42,489 nt of DNA from Chloroflexota bacterium (GTDB taxonomy: Bacteria > Chloroflexota > Dehalococcoidia > Lucifugimonadales > Australimonadaceae). Where the stretch lies: NCBI GenBank assembly GCA_022574265.1, contig JACZSI010000001.1, positions 1 to 42,489 on the forward strand, given 5' to 3'. This document shows, piece by piece, positions 18,716 through 28,500 of the stretch (positions are counted from its first letter, which is position 1; every line of letters starts with the position of its first letter). A model generated the notes under the pieces. The model was not told where the DNA came from. It made no database searches and worked only from the letters and a program-made list of their open reading frames with translations. The translations under genes and the position numbers were made by a program.

Positions 18716-19114
18716 GTGCCCGTCAACGACCCCGTCGGCGACATGCTGACCAGGATAAGGAACGCCCAGATGGTGCACCATCCCCAGGTGGAGCTGCCGT
18801 CGTCCAAGACGACCTTGGCCGTCGCCGAGCTCCTCAAACGCGAGGGGTATCTGGCCAACGCCGACGTGATCAAGCGCAAGCCCCAGGACATCCTGCGGCT
18901 GCGCCTGCGCTACAACGAGCGTCGCGAGCCGGCCATCGCCGGGCTCAAGCGCGTGAGCAAGCCCGGCTTGCGCGTCCACGTGCAGCGGCACGACATCCCT
19001 CGGGCCTTCGGCGGCATCGGGATCTCGATCGTCTCGACGTCCCAGGGCATCATGACCGGGCTCGATGCCTACCGGAAGGGCGTGGGCGGCGAGCTGATGG
19101 CGTTCGTCTGGTAG
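18716..19114 (+). CDS. rpsH: 30S ribosomal protein uS8
   Basis: GTG at 18716 lies inside ORF 18587-19114, with GGAGGAAG upstream. [17 protein letters not shown]....V.LPSSK. Confidence 0.93.
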   Translation: MPVNDPVGDMLTRIRNAQMVHHPQVELPSSKTTLAVAELLKREGYLANADVIKRKPQDILRLRLRYNERREPAIAGLKRVSKPGLRVHVQRHDIPRAFGGIGISIVSTSQGIMTGLDAYRKGVGGELMAFVW

Positions 19115-19122
19115 GAGCATCG

Positions 19123-19665
19123 ATGTCTCGCGTTGGCAAGCAACCCATCACGATCCCCAGCGGGGTCACCGTCGCCATCGGCCGAGCCGAGGTCACGGTG
19201 AAGGGCTCGCGGGGCGAGCTTTCTCAGGCCGTCCATTCCGCCATCGTCGTCCGAGAGGAGGACGGGAAGATCTTGGTGGAGCGCCAGAGCGACCAGCGCG
19301 ACCACCGGGCCCTCCACGGCCTCACCCGCGCGCTGATAGCGAACATGGTCACGGGCGTCAGCGACGGGTTCGACCGGACGCTCGAGCTCGTCGGCTACCG
19401 CGTGCAGCAGCAGGGCACGGGGCTCAACATGCAGCTTGGCTTCAGCCACCAAGTCATCGTCGAGCCGATGGGCGGGATCACCCTCGAGGTCGAGGGGAAC
19501 ACCCTGATCCACGTGCGTGGCATCGACAAGCAGGTGGTCGGCGAGCAGGCGGCGCGCATCCGGCGCCTCCGGCCTCCCGACGCCTACAAAGGCAAGGGCG
19601 TCCGGTACCGGGGGGAGAAGCTGCGGCTCAAGCCCGGCAAGTCGGCGGCGAGGGGCGGCATCTAG
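19123..19665 (+). CDS. rplF: 50S ribosomal protein uL6
   Basis: [17 protein letters not shown]......V.VKG.RGEL...[14 protein letters not shown]. Confidence 0.95.
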   Translation: MSRVGKQPITIPSGVTVAIGRAEVTVKGSRGELSQAVHSAIVVREEDGKILVERQSDQRDHRALHGLTRALIANMVTGVSDGFDRTLELVGYRVQQQGTGLNMQLGFSHQVIVEPMGGITLEVEGNTLIHVRGIDKQVVGEQAARIRRLRPPDAYKGKGVRYRGEKLRLKPGKSAARGGI

Positions 19666-19667
19666 TC

Positions 19668-20024
19668 ATGGGACGTATCAAGACACCGTACGCAGCCCGG
19701 ATCGTCCGGCACCAGCGGCTGCGCCAGCACCTCGCCGGGACGGCCGAGCGGCCGCGTCTCAACGTGTTCCGCAGCGGACGCTACACCTACGCCCAGGTCG
19801 TCGACGACGAGCTCGGGCAGACGCTGGCCGCCGCCAGCTCGCGCGAGCTGGCGGCCGACGCGTTCGCCAAGACCGGCGCCGCGGGCGAGGTGGGGAAGCT
19901 CATCGCGCAGCGGGCCAAGGCCAAGGGCGTGAAGAAAGTCGTTTTCGACCGCGGCGGCTATCAGTACCACGGCCGCGTGAAGGCGCTCGCTGAGGGCGCG
20001 CGCGAGGAAGGACTGGAGTTTTGA
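19668..20024 (+). CDS. rplR: 50S ribosomal protein uL18
   Basis: [30 protein letters not shown]...[28 protein letters not shown]. Confidence 0.95.
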   Translation: MGRIKTPYAARIVRHQRLRQHLAGTAERPRLNVFRSGRYTYAQVVDDELGQTLAAASSRELAADAFAKTGAAGEVGKLIAQRAKAKGVKKVVFDRGGYQYHGRVKALAEGAREEGLEF

Positions 20025-20857
20025 CGCAGATGACGACGGGTGGGCCCAGCCGGGACTACGACGACGGTCCAGAGCTCCAGGAGCGGGTGGTGCAGATCCG
20101 CCGCGTTTCGAAGGTCGTCAAGGGCGGCAGACACCTCACGTTCAACGCGATGGTCGTCGTGGGCGACGGCAAGGGGAAGGTCGGCGCGGGCCTCGGCAAG
20201 GGCGCGGCCGTGCCGGACGCCGTCCGCAAGGGGACGACCATCGCGCGGCGGAACATGGTCAGCATCCGGCTGAAGGACGCGACCGTTCCCTATGCGGTGC
20301 GGGCGCACTTCGGCGCGTCGCGCGTCCTCATCAAGCCGGCGCCCCCCGGCGCTGGGATCAAGGCCGGCGCCTCGGTACGCGCGGTCATGGAGGCGGTCGG
20401 CATCCGCGACATCGTCGCGAAGGCGCTCGGGAGCCGCAACCCCATCAACGTGGTGAAGGCCACGCTGGTCGGGCTTCAGTCGATCCGGGGCGGCGAGGTC
20501 GACGAGTCGCAGATCCGGCGGACCGCGAAGCTGCCGCCGGCACCCGAGCGCCGCGGGCCCGTGCGCCGCGAAGGCGGCGGCGGCCGCGACCGCGACCGTC
20601 GGCGCCCCGACCGGCCGCCCGGTTCGGGACCGCCTCGCCCGGCGATGGGCGCGCCTCGGCCGCCAGCTGACGGTCCGCCTCGCCCAGCGGCGCCCGCGCC
20701 CGCGCCGGTAGCGGCGCCTACTGAAGCGGCGCCTACTGAAGCGGCGCCCGCCGCACCGGCCCCGGCGGCCGCTGCGGCGCCTGCGCCGTCCGTGCCCCCG
20801 GCGGCCCCGGCCACCACCGAGCCGCCCCCGGCGGCCAAGGAGCCGAGCGATGCCTAA
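20021..20857 (+). CDS. rpsE: 30S ribosomal protein uS5 with a Pro/Arg/Ala-rich tail of about 105 aa
   Basis: [33 protein letters not shown]. The tail from about 20531 reads [31 protein letters not shown]...[12 protein letters not shown].... The start is either TTG 20021 (TTGA overlap) or ATG 20030. Confidence 0.9.
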   Translation: MTQMTTGGPSRDYDDGPELQERVVQIRRVSKVVKGGRHLTFNAMVVVGDGKGKVGAGLGKGAAVPDAVRKGTTIARRNMVSIRLKDATVPYAVRAHFGASRVLIKPAPPGAGIKAGASVRAVMEAVGIRDIVAKALGSRNPINVVKATLVGLQSIRGGEVDESQIRRTAKLPPAPERRGPVRREGGGGRDRDRRRPDRPPGSGPPRPAMGAPRPPADGPPRPAAPAPAPVAAPTEAAPTEAAPAAPAPAAAAAPAPSVPPAAPATTEPPPAAKEPSDA

Positions 20858-21062
20858 GCTGCGCATCAGGTGGGTGCGGAGCCAGATCGGCTACGCGCAG
20901 CCACAGCGGCGCACCATCCGCGCGCTCGGGCTGCGGCGGCTTCAGCACGCCGTCGTGCACGAGGACACGCCGACGATCCGCGGCATGCTCCTCAAGGTGC
21001 GGCACATGATTCATGTCGAGGCGGCTGAGGAGCCCCCGACATCTGACGCGGAGAAGAAGTAG
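20850..21062 (+). CDS. rpmD: 50S ribosomal protein uL30
   Basis: [31 protein letters not shown]...V......IRGML.KV.H. Confidence 0.9.
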   Translation: MPKLRIRWVRSQIGYAQPQRRTIRALGLRRLQHAVVHEDTPTIRGMLLKVRHMIHVEAAEEPPTSDAEKK

Positions 21063-21502
21063 TGCAGGTCCACCTGGTGAGGCCGCTCCTCAAGAAGAAA
21101 GACCGCATCCGGCGTGGACGCGGGAACGGCTCCAAGGGCACGTATTCAGGCCGCGGCCTGAAGGGGCAGAAGGCGCGCTCCGGCGGTGGCGTCCGCCCCG
21201 GGTTCGAGGGCGGGCAGAACCCGCAGATCAAAGGTCTGCCGATGCTGCGCGGGTTCACGAACCCGTTCCGCGTCGAATACCAGGTGGTGAACGTCGGGCG
21301 CCTCCAGACGCTGCCGGAGGGCGTGGCCGAGGTCACGCCGTCGGTGCTCGCTCAGATGCGCATCGTCCACCACGCCGACCGGCCGGTGAAGGTCCTCGGC
21401 GTGGGCGAGATCACGCGCGCGCTCACGGTGGAGGCGAAGAAGTTCACGGCCACGGCCCGCGCCAAGATAGAGGCGGCGGGCGGCACGGTGAAGGAGGGGT
21501 AG
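21062..21502 (+). CDS. rplO: 50S ribosomal protein uL15
   Basis: The GTG start overlaps the rpmD stop. RIRRGRGNGSKGTYSGRG.KGQKARSGGGVRPGFEGGQ.P. Confidence 0.93.
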   Translation: MQVHLVRPLLKKKDRIRRGRGNGSKGTYSGRGLKGQKARSGGGVRPGFEGGQNPQIKGLPMLRGFTNPFRVEYQVVNVGRLQTLPEGVAEVTPSVLAQMRIVHHADRPVKVLGVGEITRALTVEAKKFTATARAKIEAAGGTVKEG

Positions 21503-21506
21503 GGGC

Positions 21507-22853
21507 GTGCGAGCAGGACAAGCAGCCACGGGCCAGGCCACCGGCCGCCCGGCGCTGATCCAGGCGATGATCGATGCGTTCCGCACGCCCGATCTGCGCG
21601 CCCGGATCCTGTTCGTGCTGGCCATGCTGGTGATCTTCCGGCTGCTGGCGCACGTGCCGGTTCCGGGCGTGGACCGCGCGCAGCTCGCGGGACTGCTGAG
21701 CGGCAACCAGCTGCTCCAGTTCTTCGACCTGTTCACGGGCGGGGGCCTTCGGAACCTCAGCATCGCCGCGCTGGGCGTGTTCCCGTACATCACGTCGTCC
21801 ATCGTGATGCAGATACTCACGCCGGTGCTGCCGCAGCTCAGCGCCATCGCGAAGGAGGGCGAATCGGGCCGGCAGCGCATCAATCAGATCACCCACTGGC
21901 TGACGGTCCCCATCGCGTTCTTCTCGGGCTACGGCCAGATGCTGCTCTTCGACCGCGCCGGCGTGTTCACGCACCCGGTCGGGTTCGTGGGCCCTGGCTC
22001 GCTGGAGACGCTGACCATCGTCGTGTCCTTCGTCGGCGGCACCATGATCCTCGTATGGCTGGGGGAGCTGATCACCGAGCGCGGCATCGGCAACGGCATC
22101 TCCATCATCATCTTCGGAGGGATCGTCGCCGGCATGCCGCAGCTGCTCAGCCAGGGCTTCTTGGCGCGCGACAACCCCGGCGGGCTGGTGATGCTGGCGC
22201 TGGCGGGGCTCATCCTGGTCTACTTCATCGTCGTCTTCAACGAGGCGCAGCGGCGCATCCCCGTCCAGTACGGCCGGAGCGTCTTCCGTGGAGGCCGGAT
22301 GTACCGGCAGACCGGTGCGACGCACCTGCCGCTGCGGGTCAACTCGGCCGGCATGATCCCGCTGATCTTCGCCTTCAGCATCATGGTGCTGCCCGGCACG
22401 TTCGCTGGGTTCTTCGCGAACCCGTCGGACTCGGGCTTCTTCTCGCAGAGTGCGCTGTTCATCGCCACGATCTTCTCGCCGACCTCCGTCTGGTACTGGA
22501 TCGTCATCTTCATCCTGGTGGTCGTGTTCACGTTCTTCTACACGCTCATCATCTTCCAGCAGCAGCAGCTTGCCGAGAATCTCCAGAAGAACGGCGGCTT
22601 CGTGCCGGGCATCCGGCCGGGCTTGCCCACGCAGCAGTACCTCAACCGCGTCATCCTGCGCATCACCTGGGGCGGCGCGCTCTTCCTGGGCATCGTCGCC
22701 ATCCTGCCCTTCTTCTTCAGCCGCGTGACCGGCATCCAAGCGCTCACGCTCAGCAGCACGAGCCTGCTCATCATGGTCTCGGTCGCGCTCGACACGATGC
22801 GCCAGCTCGAGGCGCAGCTCCTCATGCGCAACTACGAGGGGTTCTTGAAGTAG
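21507..22853 (+). CDS. secY: preprotein translocase subunit SecY
   Basis: 448 aa with 10 hydrophobic segments. DLRARILFVLAMLVIFRL..HVPVPGVD...ALGVFPYITSSIVMQIL. The GTG start has GGAGG 9 nt upstream; an alternative ATG lies at 21567. Confidence 0.93.
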   Translation: MRAGQAATGQATGRPALIQAMIDAFRTPDLRARILFVLAMLVIFRLLAHVPVPGVDRAQLAGLLSGNQLLQFFDLFTGGGLRNLSIAALGVFPYITSSIVMQILTPVLPQLSAIAKEGESGRQRINQITHWLTVPIAFFSGYGQMLLFDRAGVFTHPVGFVGPGSLETLTIVVSFVGGTMILVWLGELITERGIGNGISIIIFGGIVAGMPQLLSQGFLARDNPGGLVMLALAGLILVYFIVVFNEAQRRIPVQYGRSVFRGGRMYRQTGATHLPLRVNSAGMIPLIFAFSIMVLPGTFAGFFANPSDSGFFSQSALFIATIFSPTSVWYWIVIFILVVVFTFFYTLIIFQQQQLAENLQKNGGFVPGIRPGLPTQQYLNRVILRITWGGALFLGIVAILPFFFSRVTGIQALTLSSTSLLIMVSVALDTMRQLEAQLLMRNYEGFLK

Positions 22854-22855
22854 CC

Positions 22856-23536
22856 ATGCGTATCGTTCTCCTCGGCCCGCCCGGTGCGGGCAAAGGCACC
22901 CAGGCAGCGCTGCTCGCCAAGCGCGCCGGTCTCGCGCACGTCGCCACCGGCGACCTCTTCCGCGCGAACCTGGAGCGGGGCACGGAGCTTGGCAAGCAGG
23001 CCAAGGGCTACATGGACAGAGGCGCGCTCGTGCCCGACGACGTCACCACGCGCATGGTCCTGGAGCGCTTCAAGGAGAGCGACGCGGCAGACGGCTTCGT
23101 GCTCGACGGCTTCCCCCGCACGATCCCGCAGGCCGAGGCGCTGGATGCGGCGCTCGCCGCCGCGGGCCAGGCCGTCGACCACGCGCTGCTGATCGAGGTC
23201 GGCCGCGAGGAGCTCGTCCGCCGGCTCGCCGGACGCTGGATCTGCCGGGCGTGTCAGACGCCCTACCACGACCACTCGGCGCCCCCCGCCAAGCCGGGTG
23301 TCTGCGACGCTTGCGGCGGCGAGCTGTACCAGCGCGACGACGATCGGCCGGAGGTCGTCGGCGCGCGGCTGGACACGTACGAGAAGCAGACGGCGCCGCT
23401 GGCCGGCTACTACGAGCGGGCGGGGAAACTCGCGCGGATCGACGGTCTCGGCGGCATCGAGGACGTGGCGGAGAAGCTCGGGCGGGCGATCGGCGGCCCG
23501 GCGGCTGTCGCTGCGGCCCATGTGACGGTAGAATAA
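22856..23536 (+). CDS. adk: adenylate kinase (Cys4 zinc lid)
   Basis: MRIVLLGPPGAGKGTQA..LA...GL.H..TGDLFR; the lid is CRAC...CDACGG. The track ORF 22055-23536 is over-extended into secY. Confidence 0.93.
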   Translation: MRIVLLGPPGAGKGTQAALLAKRAGLAHVATGDLFRANLERGTELGKQAKGYMDRGALVPDDVTTRMVLERFKESDAADGFVLDGFPRTIPQAEALDAALAAAGQAVDHALLIEVGREELVRRLAGRWICRACQTPYHDHSAPPAKPGVCDACGGELYQRDDDRPEVVGARLDTYEKQTAPLAGYYERAGKLARIDGLGGIEDVAEKLGRAIGGPAAVAAAHVTVE

Positions 23537-23546
23537 GCGGTCGCAC

Positions 23547-24362
23547 ATGGATATGACGAGTCATACAACCGCCACACCCGCGATCGGCGTCCAAGGCGAC
23601 GCCAGGACCGGCGTCACCGTGAAGTCCCAGCGCGAGCTCGACCTCATGTGGGAGGCCGGCCAGATCGTCGGCCTCGCGCACAAGGTCCTTCGCGCCTCGG
23701 TGGCCGCCGGGATGACGACGCGGGAGCTCGATGCCATCGCCGAGCGGGAGATCGTCGCCCTGGGCGGCAAGCCCGCCTTCAAGGGCTATCGCGGCTTCCC
23801 CGCGACCCTGTGCGTGTCGATCAACAGCGAGATCGTCCACGGCATCCCCGGGGACACCGTTATCAAAGAGGGCGACCTGGTGAGCATGGATCTGGGCGCG
23901 ATCGTGGGCGGGCTTTACGGCGACGCCGCCATCACCGTCCCCATCGGCGCGGTGCCGGAGGAGCTGACGGCGCTGCTGGAAGCCGGCGAGGCGAGTCTGT
24001 GGGCCGGCATCGGCGAGGTGCGGGCGGGCCGGCGCGTCGGCGATGTTTCCGCGGCCATCCAGGCCGAGGTGGTGCGGCGCGGCGACTACGGCATCGTGCG
24101 TGGGTACACCGGCCACGGCATCGGCACGAGGCTGCACGAGGAGCCGAACGTGCCGAATTTCGGCATCGCGGGCCGCGGGCTCCTGCTGCGGCCCGGCATG
24201 GCCATCGCCATCGAGCCGATGGTCAACCTCGGCACGCAGGAGACGCTCGTGCTGGACGACGATTGGACGGTCGTGACGGCCGACGGATCGCCTTCGGTGC
24301 ACTTTGAGCACACGATCCTGGTCACGGACGGCGACCCGGTCATCACCACGAAGGTAGACTGA
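23547..24362 (+). CDS. map: type I methionine aminopeptidase
   Basis: VKSQRELDLMWEAGQIV...FKGYRGFPATLCVSINSEIVHGIP...DLGA...GHGIG..LHE.P...EPM...HFEHTI. An alternative GTG start lies at 23619. Confidence 0.92.
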   Translation: MDMTSHTTATPAIGVQGDARTGVTVKSQRELDLMWEAGQIVGLAHKVLRASVAAGMTTRELDAIAEREIVALGGKPAFKGYRGFPATLCVSINSEIVHGIPGDTVIKEGDLVSMDLGAIVGGLYGDAAITVPIGAVPEELTALLEAGEASLWAGIGEVRAGRRVGDVSAAIQAEVVRRGDYGIVRGYTGHGIGTRLHEEPNVPNFGIAGRGLLLRPGMAIAIEPMVNLGTQETLVLDDDWTVVTADGSPSVHFEHTILVTDGDPVITTKVD

Positions 24363-24368
24363 GGGAAC

Positions 24369-24587
24369 ATGGCGAAGAAAGAAACGATCGAAGTCGAAGC
24401 CACGGTCAGGGAGGCACTGCCGAACGCCTCGTTCCGCGTGGAGCTGGGCGACGGGCACGGCGTCCTGGCGCACGTCTCCGGCAAGATGCGGATGCACTTC
24501 ATCCGCGTGCTGCCGGGCGACCGCGTCCTGGTCGAGCTTTCGCCCTACGACCTGACCCGTGGCCGCATCACGTACAGGTTCAAGTAG
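24369..24587 (+). CDS. infA: translation initiation factor IF-1
   Basis: [70 protein letters not shown]. Confidence 0.95.
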   Translation: MAKKETIEVEATVREALPNASFRVELGDGHGVLAHVSGKMRMHFIRVLPGDRVLVELSPYDLTRGRITYRFK

Positions 24588-24596
24588 GAGACCGAG

Positions 24597-24710
24597 ATGA
24601 GAGTGCGAGCGTCCGTCAAGCCCCGCTGCGATAAGTGCCGCCTCGTGCGGCGCGGGCGCAAGGTGTTCGTGCTCTGCTCCAACCCGAGACACAAGCAGCG
24701 GCAGGGGTAG
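24597..24710 (+). CDS. rpmJ: 50S ribosomal protein bL36
   Basis: Too short for the ORF track. My translation is [37 protein letters not shown] followed by TAG at 24708-24710. It sits in the conserved infA-rpmJ-rpsM position. Confidence 0.9.
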   Translation: MRVRASVKPRCDKCRLVRRGRKVFVLCSNPRHKQRQG

Positions 24711-24715
24711 CTCAC

Positions 24716-25096
24716 ATGGCACGCATCGCAGGCGTCGACGTCCCCGACAACAAGCGCGTCGAGATCGCGCTCCGGACGATCTACGGCATCGGCCCCACGA
24801 GGGCCCGGCACATCGCGGACCAGGCGAGCGTCAGCGGCAACCCCAGGATCAGCGAGCTGGGCGACGCGGAGCTCACCCGCATACGGGAGATCATCGACCG
24901 CAACTACATGGTGGAAGGCGACCTGCGGCGCGAGGTGAACGACAACATCCGCCGGCTCATCGACATCGGCTCGTACCGCGGGATCAGGCACCGGCGCGGC
25001 CTGCCCGTGCACGGCCAGCGGACGCGGACGAATGCAAGGACGAAGCGTGGCAACCGCAAGACCGTCGCCGGACGGCGCCGGGTACTACGGAAGTAG
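24716..25096 (+). CDS. rpsM: 30S ribosomal protein uS13
   Basis: The ATG at 24716 lies inside ORF 24635-25096. [26 protein letters not shown]...[25 protein letters not shown]. Confidence 0.95.
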   Translation: MARIAGVDVPDNKRVEIALRTIYGIGPTRARHIADQASVSGNPRISELGDAELTRIREIIDRNYMVEGDLRREVNDNIRRLIDIGSYRGIRHRRGLPVHGQRTRTNARTKRGNRKTVAGRRRVLRK

Positions 25097-25105
25097 AGGA
25101 GCAGC

Positions 25106-25498
25106 GTGGCCAGAGCGAACCGAACGAGGTCCCGGAGGCGCGAGCGCAAGTTCGTGCCGCGTGGCAAGGCGTACATATCGTCGACCTTCAACAACACGGC
25201 CGTGACGCTCACCGACCCCGAGGGCAACGTGATCGCCTGGAGCTCGGCGGGGGCCGTCGGCTTCAAGGGCTCGCGCAAGAGCACCGCATTCGCGGCGCAG
25301 CGCGTGTCGGAGGCCGTCGCCCGCAAGGGGCTGGACAACGGGATGCGGCAGATCGAGGTGCTGATCCGTGGCCCCGGAGCGGGGCGCGAGGCGGCGATCC
25401 GCGCGCTGCAGAGCTCCGGGCTCACCGTGACCAGCATCCGCGACGTCACGCCTATCCCCCACAACGGATGCCGGCCGCCCAAACGGCGGCGGGTGTAA
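25106..25498 (+). CDS. rpsK: 30S ribosomal protein uS11
   Basis: GTG start. [41 protein letters not shown]...[20 protein letters not shown]. Confidence 0.95.
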   Translation: MARANRTRSRRRERKFVPRGKAYISSTFNNTAVTLTDPEGNVIAWSSAGAVGFKGSRKSTAFAAQRVSEAVARKGLDNGMRQIEVLIRGPGAGREAAIRALQSSGLTVTSIRDVTPIPHNGCRPPKRRRV

Positions 25499-25516
25499 TC
25501 GGTAGCTAGAGGAGAC

Positions 25517-26143
25517 ATGGGAAGATATACGGGACCCGTCTGTAGGCAGTGCCGGCGAGCCGGCGAGAAGCTCTTTCTCAAGGGCGAGCGCTGCTACACG
25601 CCCAAGTGCGCTTTCGAGAAGCGCCGCAAGACGCCCGGCGAACGCGTGCCGCGCCGCCGCCGCATGTCGGACTGGGGCTTGCAGCTGCGCGAGAAGCAGA
25701 AGGCGCGCCAGTCCTACGGCGTGCTGGAGCGGCAGTTCCGCCGCTACTTCTCCGACGCCCGCAAGCTCCCCGGCGTGACGGGCGACAACCTCCTCCAGCT
25801 GCTGGAGCGGCGGCTGGACAACGTCGCGTACCGGGTCGGCTTCGCCGACTCCCGCGCGCAGGCACGTCAGTGGGTGCTGCACGGTCACTTCACCGTGAAC
25901 GGTAAGAAGGTCAACATACCGTCCTACCGCGTGCGGACCGGCGAGGTGGTCGCCTGGAAGGCCGGCCGCCTCGACGTCGGGTTCGTCCAGCGGGTGGTGA
26001 AGACCGTCGGTCAGCGGCCGCTGCCCGAGTGGATCGAGCTGGACAAGACCGCGATGACGGCCACCGTGCTCCGCAACCCCGAGGCGGCCGACATCGACGC
26101 GCACATCGAAACACGCATGATCGTGGAGTTCTACTCCCGTTAG
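25517..26143 (+). CDS. rpsD: 30S ribosomal protein uS4
   Basis: MGRYTGPVCRQCRRAGEKLFLKGERCYTPKCAFEKR...LERRLDNVAYRVGFA.SRAQARQWV.HGHF.VNGKKVNIPSY.V. Confidence 0.95.
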   Translation: MGRYTGPVCRQCRRAGEKLFLKGERCYTPKCAFEKRRKTPGERVPRRRRMSDWGLQLREKQKARQSYGVLERQFRRYFSDARKLPGVTGDNLLQLLERRLDNVAYRVGFADSRAQARQWVLHGHFTVNGKKVNIPSYRVRTGEVVAWKAGRLDVGFVQRVVKTVGQRPLPEWIELDKTAMTATVLRNPEAADIDAHIETRMIVEFYSR

Positions 26144-26232
26144 TCCGCGAGGCCGAGCGCCTCAGGTGCAACCGGGGCCGGGCCCCGGGCCAGACGTACG
26201 CCGACGCGTACGGTGTAAAGGATGAGTTGAAG

Positions 26233-27336
26233 ATGCTCGAGATTGGGTACGACGAACCACGTGAAGTGACCATTGAGCCGGAGCCGATCCCCGCTCCCAC
26301 GGTCCGCGTCGTCGAGACGGACAGGACCTACGGATCGTTCGTGGTCGAGCCCCTGCCGCGTGGATACGGCATGACGCTGGGCACGCCCATGCGCCGCGTT
26401 CTGCTGAACTCCATCCAGGGTATCGCCGTCAACTGGGTGCGCATCGAAGGCATCGAGCACGAGTACTCGACCATCCCTCACGTGAAGGAGGACGTCGTCG
26501 ACATCCTGCTCAACGTGAAGTCGATCGCGCTACGCTCCTTGAGCAACCGCCCGGGGAAGCTGCGCCTCGAGGTCCAGGGCCCCGGCGAGATCGTCGCGGG
26601 CGACATCATGAGCTCCTCGGACTTCGAGATCGTGAACCCGGAGCTGCACATCGCCACGCTCGATACGAAGAGCTCGAAGCTCATCATGGAGATGAACGTC
26701 GAGGAGGGGAAGGGCTACCTGCCCGCCTCCAGCAGCGACGGCCTGCCCATCGGCGTGCTGCCGGTGGATGCCGTCTTCACCCCCGTGCGCAAGGTCAACT
26801 TCACCGTCGAGCGCACACGCGTCGGCCAGCAGACCGACTACGAGCGGCTGCTGCTGGAGGTGTGGACCAACGGCGCCGTGACGCCGCTGGAGGCCGTGAA
26901 GCAGGCCGGGCAAGAGCTCGTCGAGCACTTCTTCCGGTTCGCGACGCTGGCCGAAGACGCGGCCGATGACCGGCCGTCCTGGCTGCCGGCTATCCCGGCC
27001 TCGCAGTACAACATGGGCGTCGAGACCCTTGGGCTCAGCGCCCGGACGCTGAACTGCCTGAAGCGCGCGTCGATCCACAAGGTCGGCGAGATCCTCGACC
27101 GCAGCCGCGCCGACCTCCTGCGCATCCGCAACTTCGGCGAGCGCTCGCTCGAGGAGCTCGACGAGAAGCTCGCCGAGCACGGCATCTACCATCCGGAGCT
27201 GGCCCAGGCGAGCGCTCAGGCGGCCGCCGATGCGTCTGATGCCACGGAGGGGGGCGAGGCCGAAGCGGCGGCGAACGGGGACGAGCCTGCCGCCACCGAG
27301 GGCGGCGGGGACGACGACGCGGACAAGAAGGAGTAG
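26233..27336 (+). CDS. rpoA: DNA-directed RNA polymerase alpha subunit, with an acidic C-terminal tail
   Basis: The ATG at 26233 lies inside ORF 26029-27336. FVVEPLPRGYGMTLGTPMRRVLLNSIQG.AV..VRIEG..HEYSTIP.V.EDV..ILLN.K; the alpha-CTD reads LGLSARTLNCLKRA.I..VGEIL. Confidence 0.93.
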   Translation: MLEIGYDEPREVTIEPEPIPAPTVRVVETDRTYGSFVVEPLPRGYGMTLGTPMRRVLLNSIQGIAVNWVRIEGIEHEYSTIPHVKEDVVDILLNVKSIALRSLSNRPGKLRLEVQGPGEIVAGDIMSSSDFEIVNPELHIATLDTKSSKLIMEMNVEEGKGYLPASSSDGLPIGVLPVDAVFTPVRKVNFTVERTRVGQQTDYERLLLEVWTNGAVTPLEAVKQAGQELVEHFFRFATLAEDAADDRPSWLPAIPASQYNMGVETLGLSARTLNCLKRASIHKVGEILDRSRADLLRIRNFGERSLEELDEKLAEHGIYHPELAQASAQAAADASDATEGGEAEAAANGDEPAATEGGGDDDADKKE

Positions 27337-27341
27337 GAACG

Positions 27342-27695
27342 GTGCGACACAGGGTTGCAGGGCGCAAGCTCGGACGCCGCACCGAGCACCGCGAGGCCAC
27401 GTTGCAGAACATCGTGGTGGAGCTGCTCACGCACGAGCGCGTCACCACCACCGAGGCGAAGGCGCGCTCGGCGCGGACGCTCGCGGAGCGCATCATCACC
27501 AAGGGCCGCAGCGGCTCCGTCCACGACCGCCGGCTGGCCATGGCGTTGCTCACCGACAAGCACGCGCTGCGCCGGCTCTTCGACGAGATCGGCCCCCGCT
27601 ACGCGGACCGCAACGGCGGCTACACGCGCATCATGAAGCTCATGCCACGCAAGGGCGACGCTGCCGCGATGGCCATGCTCGAGCTGGTCGAGTAG
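27342..27695 (+). CDS. rplQ: 50S ribosomal protein bL17
   Basis: GTG start. MRHRVAGRKLGRRTEHREATLQN....L..HERV.TTEAKA......ERIIT....NGGYTRI.K...RKGDAA.MA.LELV. Confidence 0.95.
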   Translation: MRHRVAGRKLGRRTEHREATLQNIVVELLTHERVTTTEAKARSARTLAERIITKGRSGSVHDRRLAMALLTDKHALRRLFDEIGPRYADRNGGYTRIMKLMPRKGDAAAMAMLELVE

Positions 27696-27699
27696 CGCC

Positions 27700-28500
27700 A
27701 TGACGCGACGCATCGCCCTCATCATCGAATACGAAGGAACGGCCTACGCCGGCTCGCAGCGCCAGGCCGGGGTGCCCACCGTGCAGGCCACGCTCGAGGA
27801 AGCGCTCGAAGCGCTCACGGGCGCTGCCTGCCGCGTCGCTGCCGCGGGCAGGACCGACGCAGGCGCGCATGCCGCCGGGCAGGTCTTCGCGTTCGACACA
27901 GCAAGCGGTCTCTTGACTGACGCCATCCGCGACGGAGCGAACCACCACCTGCCGGAGGACGTCGCTGTCGTCTCGGCGCACGAGGTCGAGGAGGGCTTCG
28001 ACCCACGGCGCCATGCGGCCTCGCGCGTCTACCGCTACACCTTCTCGGAGCGCGCCGTGCGCTCGCCGTTGCGGCGCCGCTTCGTGCACGCGGTCGGACG
28101 GAGCTTGGACGTCGAGGCGATGAGCCAGGCGCTGGCGTACCTTGAGGGCACGCGCGACTTCGCCCCGTTCAGCGGCGCGCTGCCGCCTGAGAAGAGCACC
28201 GTGCGCCGCATGTACCGGGCCCAGGCATGGCGCGAAGCCGGCGAGGTGCACCTGGAGCTTGAGGCCAACGCGTTCCTGCCGCAGCAGGTGCGCCGGACGG
28301 CCGCGGCGGTCCTGCGCGTCGGGCTCGGCAAGCTGACGCTCGAGGGGTTCGAGGCGCTCGCCGATGCCACCGTGCGGGGCGCGGCCGAGCACGTGCTGCC
28401 CGCCGGGGGCCTCTGCCTCCAGCGGGTCGTGTACCCGGACTTCCCGCCCACGCAGGCGGCGCGGAACAAGATGGCGATGGGGCGACATGCAGCTCTATAG
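27700..28500 (+). CDS. truA: tRNA pseudouridine(38-40) synthase
   Basis: RIALIIEYEGTAYAGSQRQ....TVQ..LE.AL......RV.AAGRTDAGAHA.GQV..F. Confidence 0.9.
   Translation: MTRRIALIIEYEGTAYAGSQRQAGVPTVQATLEEALEALTGAACRVAAAGRTDAGAHAAGQVFAFDTASGLLTDAIRDGANHHLPEDVAVVSAHEVEEGFDPRRHAASRVYRYTFSERAVRSPLRRRFVHAVGRSLDVEAMSQALAYLEGTRDFAPFSGALPPEKSTVRRMYRAQAWREAGEVHLELEANAFLPQQVRRTAAAVLRVGLGKLTLEGFEALADATVRGAAEHVLPAGGLCLQRVVYPDFPPTQAARNKMAMGRHAAL

Noticed and set aside
16123-18891. A 922-aa ORF on the minus strand spanning rpsQ to rpsH.
   Set aside because: It is antisense to eight universally conserved ribosomal protein genes. Its translation is Ala/Arg/Gly/Ser low complexity with no recognisable motif. It is a typical stop-codon-poor antisense frame in very GC-rich DNA.
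21444-22739. A 431-aa minus-strand ORF, and the similar ORFs at 28169-29593, 23070-24722, 25085-26104 and 9786-10919.
   Set aside because: All are antisense to strongly conserved plus-strand genes (secY, truA/rplM/rpsI, adk/map/infA, rpsK/rpsD, fusA). Their translations have Arg/Ala/Gly/Asp-rich compositions with no motifs.
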